Notes: generated by a model from the sequence alone, not told the origin. DNA of 41,614 nucleotides from a bacterium (GCA_017308185.1 JAFKFP010000105.1:1-41614), one strand, 5' to 3'. Shown: positions 18,889-28,509, numbered from the stretch's first letter. Numbers and translations are program-made.

Positions 18889-20034
18889 ATGATCGCTCCC
18901 GGTATGCGGCCATTACCGCGAATACCCCGCGCGCTTGCGTCGTTCCCGCTGAGCGTGGCCGCTGTGCTCGTCACGCTCTTCGCCTGGGTTGCGCTCGTCC
19001 ATAGCCCCGCCGCCACCGATGTTCCCGTGACGCAGCCAGTCATTGCGGCGGCGTCGGATTTCCAGACCATCGTCTACTCCGACCCAACCACCACGACTGA
19101 TGCGCTCTATCTGCGTTCCACCGCCGCCGACGCGAAGCCCCAGCTGATCACCACCTTCCAGGTCCAGGGCGGCCTCCACGCACACGGCGCAGCCTCTCCA
19201 GCAGGCACGAGCGTTGCAGTGCTCGCGCCGCAGGCCTCCACCGCGGCCAGCAGTCATCCCACCGCCACGCTCTACACGGTCTCACTCCCATCGGGCATCC
19301 GCAGCGAAATGGAAGGCGCCTTCGCCTACCTGTCGCACCTCGTGTGGGCTCCGGATGGCCGCTTCATCTACGCAACATCGCCCCTCCACGGCGACACGCT
19401 GGACGTCACACAGACCGACACGTACACGGGCCATACGAGGATTGCCGCCCAGTTCGCCGGGGCGTTCGAAGCCGTGCCCCTTGGCTTTAGCGCCAGCGGC
19501 TCACGCCTGTACGTCGTCACCGTCGACAAGTCAGGTTCGACGCTCTGGCAGGAAGAGGACGGCAAGGTAGAGAAGGTGGCGCTCCTCAGTGCCGGCCGCA
19601 CTCGTGACTGGAAACTCAGCCCCGATGGCGCCTGGCTCGCATTTGTGGACGTACTCGGCTCGGGCAATTCAGGCCTTGTGGGCCGCACCCTGACCATCGC
19701 GACCGGCGTTGTCAGCACTGTGCCGGCCGGAGCAAACCAGGTCAGCCCCGTCTGGGCGCCCGGCTCCGATGTGCCGGTGTTCGGCGGCCCCGGCGGACAA
19801 CTGCAATTGACCTCGCCGGCCCGGCCAGGCGCCTATCCCGCGCCCCTGGCATATTCGCCAGATGGCCAAGGCCTCGTCGCGACAATTTACGCCGCGTCCA
19901 CAGACAGCAGTGGGCAGGTATCCGCGACAGATAGCCAACATGGCTCGCTGGAACTCGTGTCTCCGACCCATCGCACACTGCTTACCGATGCTGACGGTGC
20001 AGCCTTCTTCGGCTGGGTGAGAAACACGGACTGA
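18889..20034 (+). CDS. N-terminally membrane-anchored beta-propeller-like protein (TolB/PD40-like repeats), paralog 1
   Basis: 381 aa. TM 'FPLSVAAVLVTLFAWVALV'. Repeated strand motifs 'WAPDGRFIYAT', 'LSPDGAWLAFV' and 'YSPDGQGLVAT'. GAGAGG SD lies 8 nt upstream. Confidence 0.7.
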   Translation: MIAPGMRPLPRIPRALASFPLSVAAVLVTLFAWVALVHSPAATDVPVTQPVIAAASDFQTIVYSDPTTTTDALYLRSTAADAKPQLITTFQVQGGLHAHGAASPAGTSVAVLAPQASTAASSHPTATLYTVSLPSGIRSEMEGAFAYLSHLVWAPDGRFIYATSPLHGDTLDVTQTDTYTGHTRIAAQFAGAFEAVPLGFSASGSRLYVVTVDKSGSTLWQEEDGKVEKVALLSAGRTRDWKLSPDGAWLAFVDVLGSGNSGLVGRTLTIATGVVSTVPAGANQVSPVWAPGSDVPVFGGPGGQLQLTSPARPGAYPAPLAYSPDGQGLVATIYAASTDSSGQVSATDSQHGSLELVSPTHRTLLTDADGAAFFGWVRNTD

Positions 20035-20053
20035 TGGCCTACAAGGAGTTGTT

Positions 20054-21175
20054 GTGACCATTCCCCGCGTGGCCGGACAGAAGCGAATCCTTCAGTCAGG
20101 CCTCATCGGCGCCGCCATCTTCGCGGCAGCAGCCGCCATCCTGCCAATTCTCTTTGCCGCCTTGGGCATATTCGGCAGCGGCTCAGGCCCGCGCACGGCA
20201 TTCGCATCCGCCCCGGCGGGCCAATATGCAGTCGTCTCACAGACGCACGGCACATCGGACACGGTTGCCATCGTGCCCGCCGACGGCTCCGCAGCGCCCA
20301 GGACGGTCGCCACCGTCTCGCATCTCGATGGCTTCGGCGTCAAGGGCGCCGTCTCGCCCAACGGCCAGCGCGTCGCCATCGTCGCCGCCACGGCGGGCAC
20401 ACCCGCCAACCCGTCCGGCTCGCTCCTCGTCGTCGAACTCGCCAGCGGCAAGCTCACGACCCTCATCGGCAACATCGACCCGCAACAAACACCTGTGTGG
20501 GCACCCGAAAGCGACCGCATCGTGGTCACGCGCGACGAGGGCGCCGGGCCGCTCACCGTCCAGTTCCTCTCTGTGCCGGTGGATGGCGGCGCGCCCTCGA
20601 CGATCGATGCAGTCGAATCGGTGCTCGGTGCTTACAGCGTCGGTTTCGACAAACAGGGCCGGTTCATCGATGTCGCGATCGACGGGACGGGTTCAACCGT
20701 GCGCCGTGCCCGGGCGGTCCTCCAGCGGATCAGCACCCAGGTCACGCGAGACTGGCAGCTCAGTCCCGACGGCACACAGCTCGCCTACATCGAATCGAGT
20801 CTCGAGGGCGGGCTGCATTACAGCGGTCACACGGTGACGCTCGATGGCGCTTCGAACGTGAGCCTGGAAGCGCAGACCACGCAGGACAGCCAACAGCTGG
20901 GCGTCGCCTGGCAACCCGGTGCGGCACAACCTACCTTCGGTGAAGACCCCGGTAGCGCCACCGAGGCCGCGCCATTGCGCGGCGAGGCGCAGACCACTGG
21001 GTCCGGCTTCAATGTGCCGCTGGGCTACTCGCGCGATGGGTCGGCGCTCGCCGTTCAGCACTGGTCGGGCCAGGGCTTCGCCGATGCGGGGACGCCGACC
21101 CTCGAACTCATCCACGGCGGCGAGTCAGCGCCAATCGACGGATACACGAGGTTCCTGGGATGGACCGCACGATAA
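20054..21175 (+). CDS. N-terminally membrane-anchored beta-propeller-like protein, paralog 2
   Basis: 373 aa. GTG 20054 lies 5 nt after AAGGAG. TM 'LIGAAIFAAAAAILPILFAALGIF'. 'SPNGQRVAIVA', 'VWAPESDRIVV', 'TRDWQLSPDGTQLAYI' and 'YSRDGSALAV', with the same C-terminal 'F[FL]GW' ending as paralog 1. Confidence 0.7.
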   Translation: MTIPRVAGQKRILQSGLIGAAIFAAAAAILPILFAALGIFGSGSGPRTAFASAPAGQYAVVSQTHGTSDTVAIVPADGSAAPRTVATVSHLDGFGVKGAVSPNGQRVAIVAATAGTPANPSGSLLVVELASGKLTTLIGNIDPQQTPVWAPESDRIVVTRDEGAGPLTVQFLSVPVDGGAPSTIDAVESVLGAYSVGFDKQGRFIDVAIDGTGSTVRRARAVLQRISTQVTRDWQLSPDGTQLAYIESSLEGGLHYSGHTVTLDGASNVSLEAQTTQDSQQLGVAWQPGAAQPTFGEDPGSATEAAPLRGEAQTTGSGFNVPLGYSRDGSALAVQHWSGQGFADAGTPTLELIHGGESAPIDGYTRFLGWTAR

Positions 21176-23046
21176 CCGTGCGCGTCGCGGTGGCGGCGCT
21201 GCTCTCCCTGGCCGCAGTCGCGTGGCTCCAGCACGCGCCCGCATCGGCGGACGCGCAGTCGCTGCCGTGTCAGTCGCCCAATCGCGGCTTCGACTTCGAC
21301 ACCTACGAAGCGAACAACTACGTGACCAATTACGCCCAGGCCATCCAACTCGCGGCATCGGGCCACGGCTGGATTGCCCCGTACACTATCGCCAGCGGCG
21401 AGACGATCGACCTCTCGTACCCCGGCCTGGAAACGGGCACGGGCGCCAGCCGCACGGCGCCCAACACGGCGTTGGGCATCCCGGCATCCATCTTCAAATC
21501 CATCATCTGGGCCGAATCGAACTGGGGAAACGGCGCACGAAGCGTGGCCTACGGCGGCGTCGGGCCGAGCCTCGTCTCCGGCGATTGCGGGTATGGCATC
21601 GCGCAGGTCACGAGCGGCATGGGCCAGTTCGGCAGCGACGCCCTCGAGCCCGGTGTGCCGTCCGCGCGCCAGGCGCTGATCGGCACCGACTACATGGCGA
21701 ACCTCGCGGAGGGAGCCCGCATCCTCGCCGGGAAGTGGAACTAGGCGCCGTCGGTACGCCCCATCGCAGGCAACGGCGACCCTTCCAAGCTCGAAGACTG
21801 GTATTTTGCCATCTGGTCCTACAACGGCTTCGCGCTCAAGAATCATCCGCTCGACCCCGACCTGGACCCGCTCCGAGGCGGCGGGAGTTCCGTGGAAGCC
21901 GTGTATCACTGCGGCGACCCCTCCGCCCCGAACTACGCCGCCACGTCAACCGGCCAACCTACATACAGCCGCGGCGACTTCACCTACGGCGAGGTTATCT
22001 ACGGCTGTATGCGCTACCCGCCATACCTGCCCGGCCAGACGCCACCCGCATCGCAAACAACTCCGGTGTACCAGCCCGGCGATGCCGCGGTGATTACCGG
22101 TGGCGGCTGCACCAACCTTCGACCGCAACCTTCGACATCCGGCACACCGATCACGTGCCTCGCATCCGGCACCGCCGTTACCATCGCCGGCGGGCCGCAG
22201 ACCGCGAACGGCTACACCTGGTGGCAGGTCACGACAGCCGATTCGAAGACGGGCTGGGTGGCCGGTGACTTCCTCGCCAAGGCAGGCACGCCGGGCGGCG
22301 GAACGGGCACGCCAACCACGCCCAACCCGCCGGCGCTCGTCTCAGCTGCTGGGCGGCTGTGGCAGCCGCAACTCTTCAGCATGCCCGATTTCAGCGTCCC
22401 GGCCGTGGCGGCCGCGTTCCAGCTATCCAACTTCGCCGCGTGCGATAACGCCGGCTGGAGCGGAGGCTGCCCTGCGATGAACTACCCCACGGATGTCCCA
22501 TCCGCGAAGCAGCCATACACGACGCACACGGATACCACGCCCGCAGTGTCACCGTCGCTGCTGAACACGATCCTGGGGAATCCAGTGCTGAGCGTCAGCG
22601 CGCCATCGAGTATCGCTCTCGGGATCTCCTCAACCGGCGCGGTGAGCACTGCGACGATCACGGTCTCGAACACAGGCACGTCGGTCGCGCCGTTCCGTAT
22701 CCGCACCTCGTCGGATTGGATCGTGGTCAACCACCCGGGTGATTCGCCGGCGCGCACGATGGACGGCGGCGTCGCTGTGGGCAGTGGCACGCCAGTCGTG
22801 ACGCAGCCTCCACACGGTTCGACGCCTGCTGTGACGCAGGCCGGCTACCAGAGCGTCCTGCAGATCGCGTTGGACCCCGCCACCACCCCCGCCGGCGCCT
22901 CGACCGGCACCGTCATCATCGAGCCGCTCTTCGGTGGCGGGGTGGTGACGACGATTGCGATCAACGCCACCAACGCGGAGACCAGCTCGGCGCCGTTGAC
23001 TCACCACCTGCTCGCCCCGCAGGTTTCTTCGGACGGGGCGAACTAG
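21160..23046 (+). pseudogene. exported lysozyme-like (SLT-type) transglycosylase + SH3b-like domain protein, interrupted by an in-frame TAG at 21742-21744
   Basis: ORFs 21160-21744 and 21892-23046 share a frame and are separated only by one TAG. Read-through gives 'IIWAESNW...GYGIAQV...ILAGKWN*APSVRPIAGNGDPSKLEDWYFAIWSYNGF' (E-S, G-x-x-Q and Y-N-G motifs of the SLT fold). The Y-N-G part lies between the TAG and the first possible restart. SH3b-like 'AVITGGGCTNLRPQPSTSGTPITCLASGTAVTIAGGPQTANGYTWWQVTTADSKTGWVAGDFL'. Signal peptide 'VAVAALLSLAAVAWLQHAPASADA'. Confidence 0.65.
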
Positions 23047-23052
23047 CGTGGG

Positions 23053-25098
23053 CTACTCGGCGGCCTTCTTGCTCTCGGCGATCACCTTCTGGGCGATGTT
23101 CGCCGGCACCTCGCCGTAGTGGTCGAAGGTCAGTTCGAAGCCGCCACGGCCCTGCGTGATCGAACGCAAGTCCGAGGCGTAGCGCTGCACCTCGGCGAGC
23201 GGCACCTCGGCATCGATGACGCTCATCGCGCCGTCCGGATTGATACCGTGAATCTTCGCCCGCTTCGTATTCAGATCGCTCACGACATCGCCGGCGTGGT
23301 CCTCCGGCGCATACACGCGGATGTTCATGACGGGCTCGAGGAGTGTGCCGTGCGCTGACGCCACCGCCTCCTTGAGCGCCTGCGCGGCCGCTAGCTTGAA
23401 TGCCATTTCGCTCGAATCCACCGGGTGATGCTTTCCATCGACAAGGATCACGTTGCAGTCGGTCAGCTCGTACCCTGCGAGGATGCCCTCGCGCGCGGTT
23501 TCGTGGATACCCTTCTCCACCGCCGGGAAGAACTCCTTCGGCACCGCCCCGCCGACGACCTTCTCGCTGAACTTCAGGCCGGCGCCACGCTCGAGCGGCT
23601 CCACCTTGATCGCCACGCGTGCGTACTGGCCATGGCCCCCGGTCTGCTTCTTATGCGTGTAGTCGGCGCTGCCTGGCTGCGTAATGGTCTCCTGGTAGCC
23701 CACGCGCGGCAGACTCAGTTCCACATCGACGTTGAACTTGCGCCGCAGGCGCTCGATGGTGACATCGAGATGGGCGTCGCCGAGACCAGAGAGGATGAAA
23801 GCCGAACTGGCATCGCGCGTGAGGCTCAGGCCAGGGTCCTCTTCGAGGAGCCGCTGGAGGCTCGGGCCGAGTTTATCCACGCCCGCCTTCGAGACCGGCG
23901 TCACCGCCATGCCATAGACGGGATTCGGAAACTCGATCGGGGGCAGCGTTACCGGCGCATCCTTCGAGCCGAGCGTGTCGCCGGTCGCAGTCTGCGTCAG
24001 CTTGGCGACGACGCCGATGTCACCGGCAGAAAGCTCCGGCACCGCGATCTGCTCTTTGCCGCGCTGCACGTAGAGCGTGCCGAGGCGCTCATCGATGCCC
24101 TTGTTGGCGTTCCACAAGTGGCTATCCGATTTCACCGAACCGCGCACGACGCGCATGTATGTCAGCCGCCCAACGTAAGGGTCCGCCGACGTCTTGAAGA
24201 CCAGCGCAACCGGGGAGCCTGCCGGGTCGGCATCTATCGGTCCCGTGTCTGATTCGAACGGGTCGCGGTCCAATGGCGAGGGGCCACTAAAGGCGATGTT
24301 GTGCAGCAACTGCCGCACGCCCATCTGGCGCGTCGCGGCCGTGCACACCACGGGTATGAGCAGCCCGTGGTCGAGCCCACCGTGGAGAACCTTGCGGAGC
24401 TCATCTTCGGTGAGCTCTTCATCGGCGAAGTACTTGGTCATCAGCTCTTCGTCGGTCTCGACGATTGTCTCGATCAGTTCCCCGCGAAGACGGTCGACAT
24501 CGGCCTGCATCTCCGCGGGGATATCGCCCTCTTCGCCCGATTCGCCGATGTACGCTTTGCCGTGCAGCAGGTCCACCACGCCGCTGAATGATTCGTGCGC
24601 GCCGATGGGAAGCTGGAGCGGCGTAACCGTATGGCCGTAGCGCGCGCGCAGCGCTTCGAGCGTGCTCGCGAAGTCGGCGTTCTCGCGGTCCATGCGGTTT
24701 ACGACGATCATCCGCGGGAGCTTCATGCGCTCCGCAATCTGCCATGCACGGTCCGTGCCGACTTCTGGACCGGACACTGCATCCACGACGACGAGCGCCA
24801 TATCCGCCGCCTGCGCGCCGCAGATCACTTCAGAGAGGAAGTCCGCATAGCCGGGGGTGTCGATGAGGTTGATTTTGCGGCCCTCCCACTCCACGGGGAG
24901 GATCGCGAGGTTGAGACTGAACTTTCGCTTGTGCTCGTCTTCGTCGTAGTCGCTGACAGTGTTCTGGTCTTCGATGCCGCCCATGCGGGTGACGGCACCG
25001 CTCACGAAAAGACTGGCCTCACTCAACATCGTTTTGCCAACGCTGCCGTGGCCGACGAGCACCACATTTCGGATCGCTTCCGTCGGATAGACGTTCAA
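23053..25098 (-). CDS. elongation factor G paralog (EF-G2-like translational GTPase)
   Basis: TTG 25098 lies 7 nt after GGAGG (of GGAGGTGG) and gives 'NVYPTEAIRNVVLVGHGSVGKTMLSEA'. G-motifs 'DTPGYADF' and 'NRMD' are present. EF-G domains II-V are recognisable ('HPVDSSEMAFKLAA'). The G1 loop 'GHGSVGKT' resembles Thermus EF-G2 rather than the canonical 'AHIDAGKT'. The upstream 63 codons of the ORF are Arg-rich and non-coding-looking. Confidence 0.85.
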   Translation of the reverse strand: MNVYPTEAIRNVVLVGHGSVGKTMLSEASLFVSGAVTRMGGIEDQNTVSDYDEDEHKRKFSLNLAILPVEWEGRKINLIDTPGYADFLSEVICGAQAADMALVVVDAVSGPEVGTDRAWQIAERMKLPRMIVVNRMDRENADFASTLEALRARYGHTVTPLQLPIGAHESFSGVVDLLHGKAYIGESGEEGDIPAEMQADVDRLRGELIETIVETDEELMTKYFADEELTEDELRKVLHGGLDHGLLIPVVCTAATRQMGVRQLLHNIAFSGPSPLDRDPFESDTGPIDADPAGSPVALVFKTSADPYVGRLTYMRVVRGSVKSDSHLWNANKGIDERLGTLYVQRGKEQIAVPELSAGDIGVVAKLTQTATGDTLGSKDAPVTLPPIEFPNPVYGMAVTPVSKAGVDKLGPSLQRLLEEDPGLSLTRDASSAFILSGLGDAHLDVTIERLRRKFNVDVELSLPRVGYQETITQPGSADYTHKKQTGGHGQYARVAIKVEPLERGAGLKFSEKVVGGAVPKEFFPAVEKGIHETAREGILAGYELTDCNVILVDGKHHPVDSSEMAFKLAAAQALKEAVASAHGTLLEPVMNIRVYAPEDHAGDVVSDLNTKRAKIHGINPDGAMSVIDAEVPLAEVQRYASDLRSITQGRGGFELTFDHYGEVPANIAQKVIAESKKAAE

Positions 25099-25271
25099 AG
25101 GACCACCTCCTGTGCGAAGCCTCGCGTGGGCCGATTCTACGCTTCGCGGAAGGGGCCTCTCAACGGGCCGATCGAGAGATCTCCCGAGCGACAGCGGACG
25201 TCGCCCTGGCGCGCGACGATTCGTCAAGAAACCGTCGCGGGAATCGCTCACGCGAGAGCCGCAAGGTAGAC

Positions 25272-28043
25272 TTGGCAGACATCGCACGAATGTTCGAATT
25301 TATGACGCCTACGTTTGTCGCTCTCGACCTCGAAACCACCGGGCTCGACCCGGAAACCGATGCCATCACGGAGATCGGCGCAGTCCGCTTCCGCGGCGAC
25401 GGCGAGGTGGTCGATACCTTCCAGCAGCTCGTGAACCCCGGCCGCGAGATCCCGCTCTTCGTCCAGCAGCTCACCGGCGTCACGAACGACGCCGTCGCGA
25501 CAGCGCCGCACATCACCGAAATCGTGCCGCAATTGCAGGCCTTTGCCGGCGAGGACGCCATCGTAGGCCACAACATCGCCTTCGACCTTGCCTATCTCCG
25601 ACAGGCGGGGTTCCGCCAGCAGGGGCCGGTGCTTGATACGGGCGAGCTCTCGCGCGTGCTCATGCCCGACCGGCAGCCCCGCAACCTCGGCGAGTTGGCC
25701 AAAGTGCTCGGCGCGCCGCCCGCCACGCTGCATCGCGCGCTCGCTGACGCCAGCACGACTGCGGCCGTGTTCGCCGCACTGCTCCGCCGCGCCGATGCGC
25801 TCGAGCCCGAAGAGCGTGCGCGGCTCGCGAACTTCGTGGCCATGCGTGACGAGCCGCTCGCGCGAGTGGTGGGCGGAGAGACCTGGGGACTCGATGGATC
25901 GCCCGTGCTGTCGTTGCCGCAGGTCCGAAAAACCACGCCGCCACCACCCCTCGCGCGGATCGAAGGTGCACGCGCTGTCACTGAGGCGGAAGTCGACAAT
26001 GCGTTCGAAGCCGCAAGCCGTGTCTTTGACGGCTTCGAACACCGCGCCGAGCAACGCGAGATGGCAGCAGCCGTGCAGGAAGCCTTCGCCCGCGGCGGGC
26101 ATTTCATGGTGGAAGCGGGCACGGGCGTTGGCAAGTCCCTCGCCTACCTCATACCGGCCGCACTCCACGCGCTCCGCCACGGCGAACGCGTCGTCATCTC
26201 GACGAACACGATCAACCTGCAGGGCCAGTTGCTCGGGAAGGACATCCCGGCGTTGCACTCCATCCTGCGCGAGGCAGGCGCGATCCGACACGACGGTGAG
26301 TTGCGGGTGGCGCTGCTCAAAGGGCGCGGCAACTACCTCTGCCTCAACCGCTTCTATGCGAGTTACACGTCGAAAAGCGACGATCCCGACTTCGAACGGC
26401 TCGCCGCTTCGATGCTCCTCTGGCTACCCAAGACCGAGACCGGCGACCGCCAGGAGCTGAGTGTCGACCACGAGACGTGGGTGACGTGGCAGCGGTTTTC
26501 GGCGCAGGACGCCGACTGTCTCCAGCGCCAGAACCGCTACGTCCGCGACGGCGATTGCTTCCTCCTGCGTGCCCGCCAGGCCGCCGAATCCGCACATATC
26601 CTGATCGTCAACCACGCGCTGTTGCTCGCCGACCTCGTGGCTCACGGGAGCGCCATCCCACCGTTCGACCACCTGATCGTGGATGAGGCGCACAATCTTG
26701 AAGGTGTCGCCACGCAGCAACTCGGCATGTCAGCCACGAGGCGCAGCATTGATGACATGCTCGACGGCATCTACCGCACGGGCGGGCGCGACTCGCGTGA
26801 AGGCGGCGCCGCCTGCCTGTTGCGCGGCATGGCCGCCCCCATGCCGCTGCGCGGGAAGGCGATCGAACAGGCCGTGCAGCACGCGCGCTCAACCGTGATC
26901 CCATTCTGCGAAGCGCTCGGCGTACACGTGCCCGCACGGGGCGAGGACGACCGCGCGCTTGTCACACACGGCATCCGGGCACAGGAGAGTTGGACCGCTG
27001 TCGAATTGGCCTGGTCCAGCCTGGACGAGGCGCTCGGCGCGGTAAGCTCCGCCATTTCGTTCGCGGCCCACGCGATCGCCGCCGATGCGGTCGAAAACGC
27101 CGAGGCATTTGCCACCGAAATAGAAACCGTGAAGCGGAAACTCGACGAAACGCGCAGCGGCCTCGCCACGCTCATGGATTCCGCTTCGGATGACACCATC
27201 GTCTGGGTTGGGCGCGATCGCGATGGGCTCGGCACGATCAATGCCGCCCCGCTCGAAGTCGGCCCGCGCCTCTTCGATGACCTCTGGTCCGAACTGCGCA
27301 CGGTCGTCGCGACGAGCGCCACGCTCAGCGCCGACGGCGACATGCGCTATTCGGCCGGTCGGCTCGGCTTCGAACAGCCCGAAACCCTGCAGCTTGGCTC
27401 GCCGTTCGATTACGCCTCGTCGACCCTGCTCACCAGCTTCACTGACCTGCCGGATCCAGCCTCGAAGGAGTACACGGCTGCAGCCGCGGATGCGATCGTC
27501 AAACTCACACTCGCATCGCAGGGCCGCGCGATGGCACTCTTCACGTCCCACGCGGCCGTCCGCGCCACGGCCGACCTCGTCCGGCCACGGCTCGAAGCGG
27601 CGGGCATCGTCGTCATGGCACAGGGTGTCGATGGCCACCCGGGCCAGTTGCGCGATGCACTCAAGTTGAACCCGCGCACGCTTGTACTCGGCACTTCGAG
27701 CCTCTGGGAAGGCGTGGATATCCGCGGCGAGGCGCTTTCTCTGCTCATCATCGCCAAACTACCATTCGCCGTGCCTACGGACCCTGTCCACCGGGCGCGT
27801 TCCGAACGCTACGACAACCCGTTCATGCAGTACGCCCTCCCCGCCGCAATCCTGCGCTTTCGCCAGGGCTTCGGACGCCTCATCCGCGACAAGAGTGACC
27901 GCGGCGTCGTGGCCGTCCTTGATAGCCGCATCTGGTCGAAGCGCTATGGGAGCAGCTTTTCGAACGCCCTCCCCGCCTGCACCCGGTTCCGCGGCCGTGT
28001 CAGTGATGTCGCCGCGGAGGCGGCGGCGTGGCTGGCGCAGTGA
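25272..28043 (+). CDS. dinG: DinG-family ATP-dependent helicase with N-terminal DnaQ-like 3'-5' exonuclease domain
   Basis: Exo motifs 'FVALDLETTGLDP', 'VGHNIAFDLAYL' and 'HRALADA'. Helicase 'AGTGVGKSLAYLIP' (Walker A), 'DEAHNLE' (DEAH), 'TSATL' and 'QGFGRLIR'. The start is uncertain (TTG 25272, ATG 25290 or ATG 25302). Confidence 0.85.
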   Translation: MADIARMFEFMTPTFVALDLETTGLDPETDAITEIGAVRFRGDGEVVDTFQQLVNPGREIPLFVQQLTGVTNDAVATAPHITEIVPQLQAFAGEDAIVGHNIAFDLAYLRQAGFRQQGPVLDTGELSRVLMPDRQPRNLGELAKVLGAPPATLHRALADASTTAAVFAALLRRADALEPEERARLANFVAMRDEPLARVVGGETWGLDGSPVLSLPQVRKTTPPPPLARIEGARAVTEAEVDNAFEAASRVFDGFEHRAEQREMAAAVQEAFARGGHFMVEAGTGVGKSLAYLIPAALHALRHGERVVISTNTINLQGQLLGKDIPALHSILREAGAIRHDGELRVALLKGRGNYLCLNRFYASYTSKSDDPDFERLAASMLLWLPKTETGDRQELSVDHETWVTWQRFSAQDADCLQRQNRYVRDGDCFLLRARQAAESAHILIVNHALLLADLVAHGSAIPPFDHLIVDEAHNLEGVATQQLGMSATRRSIDDMLDGIYRTGGRDSREGGAACLLRGMAAPMPLRGKAIEQAVQHARSTVIPFCEALGVHVPARGEDDRALVTHGIRAQESWTAVELAWSSLDEALGAVSSAISFAAHAIAADAVENAEAFATEIETVKRKLDETRSGLATLMDSASDDTIVWVGRDRDGLGTINAAPLEVGPRLFDDLWSELRTVVATSATLSADGDMRYSAGRLGFEQPETLQLGSPFDYASSTLLTSFTDLPDPASKEYTAAAADAIVKLTLASQGRAMALFTSHAAVRATADLVRPRLEAAGIVVMAQGVDGHPGQLRDALKLNPRTLVLGTSSLWEGVDIRGEALSLLIIAKLPFAVPTDPVHRARSERYDNPFMQYALPAAILRFRQGFGRLIRDKSDRGVVAVLDSRIWSKRYGSSFSNALPACTRFRGRVSDVAAEAAAWLAQ

Positions 28044-28414
28044 CTGGCCCGCTGCTGCCGTGGCCGCTCGAAGGCGCACGGGTGGTGCTGGAAGCGGCGA
28101 GAAGTGACTCGGAGGTTGCCATCGTGCGACGTGCAGACGGCGAGCGCACCGGCTCGGTGAGCCTCGAACGGGACGGCGCCGGCGCATTCATCGTCCGGCT
28201 GTGCATTCAAGATGGTTTCCGCGGATACGGCCTGGGCTCCGAGGCCGCGCGACTGGTACTCGATGCCACCGCGGCTGCCGGGTTCACGCATGTCCGGGCA
28301 TGGGCGCCGCCGGACCTCGGACTCGCGGTCTACTTCTGGTCCCGCATGGGTCTTCGCCCGGTGCACGGCGCCGGTCCCAATGGTGGAATCGAGTTGCGAC
28401 GCGACTTCTCCTGA
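28028..28414 (+). CDS. small GNAT-family N-acetyltransferase
   Basis: 128 aa. 'FRGYGLGSEAARLVLDATAAAGFTHVRAW' is an acetyl-CoA-binding motif-A-like segment (R/Q-x-x-G-x-G/A). GTG 28028 overlaps the dinG 3' end by 16 nt. Confidence 0.65.
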   Translation: MAGAVTGPLLPWPLEGARVVLEAARSDSEVAIVRRADGERTGSVSLERDGAGAFIVRLCIQDGFRGYGLGSEAARLVLDATAAAGFTHVRAWAPPDLGLAVYFWSRMGLRPVHGAGPNGGIELRRDFS

Positions 28415-28509
28415 CCGTCACGTCTCCGTTACGAACACGCCCCGCCATGGGCCTACACTGAAAAGTGCAATCTCTCTCCGCTTACGCCGGGGAATCGGAG
28501 GTGCACAGC

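Noticed and set aside
21742-21744. Interpreting the in-frame TAG as pyrrolysine or a genome-wide amber reassignment
   Set aside because: TAG is used as the normal terminator by many neighbouring genes in this window, with stops at 2247, 5897, 5942, 9619, 10185, 10196, 13255, 14370 and 40785. No pyl genes are present, and no PYLIS-like context is evident.
20919-22268. 449-aa alternative-frame ORF (and 21055-21909 minus) over the propeller/SLT genes
   Set aside because: It is extremely Arg/Pro/Gly-rich. It overlaps frames that carry real motifs (SPDG blades, SLT, SH3b). It has no start context.
25248-26291. 347-aa ORF antisense to the 5' part of dinG
   Set aside because: The dinG frame carries exonuclease and Walker A motifs. 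The antisense translation has no motifs and shows typical high-GC antisense composition.
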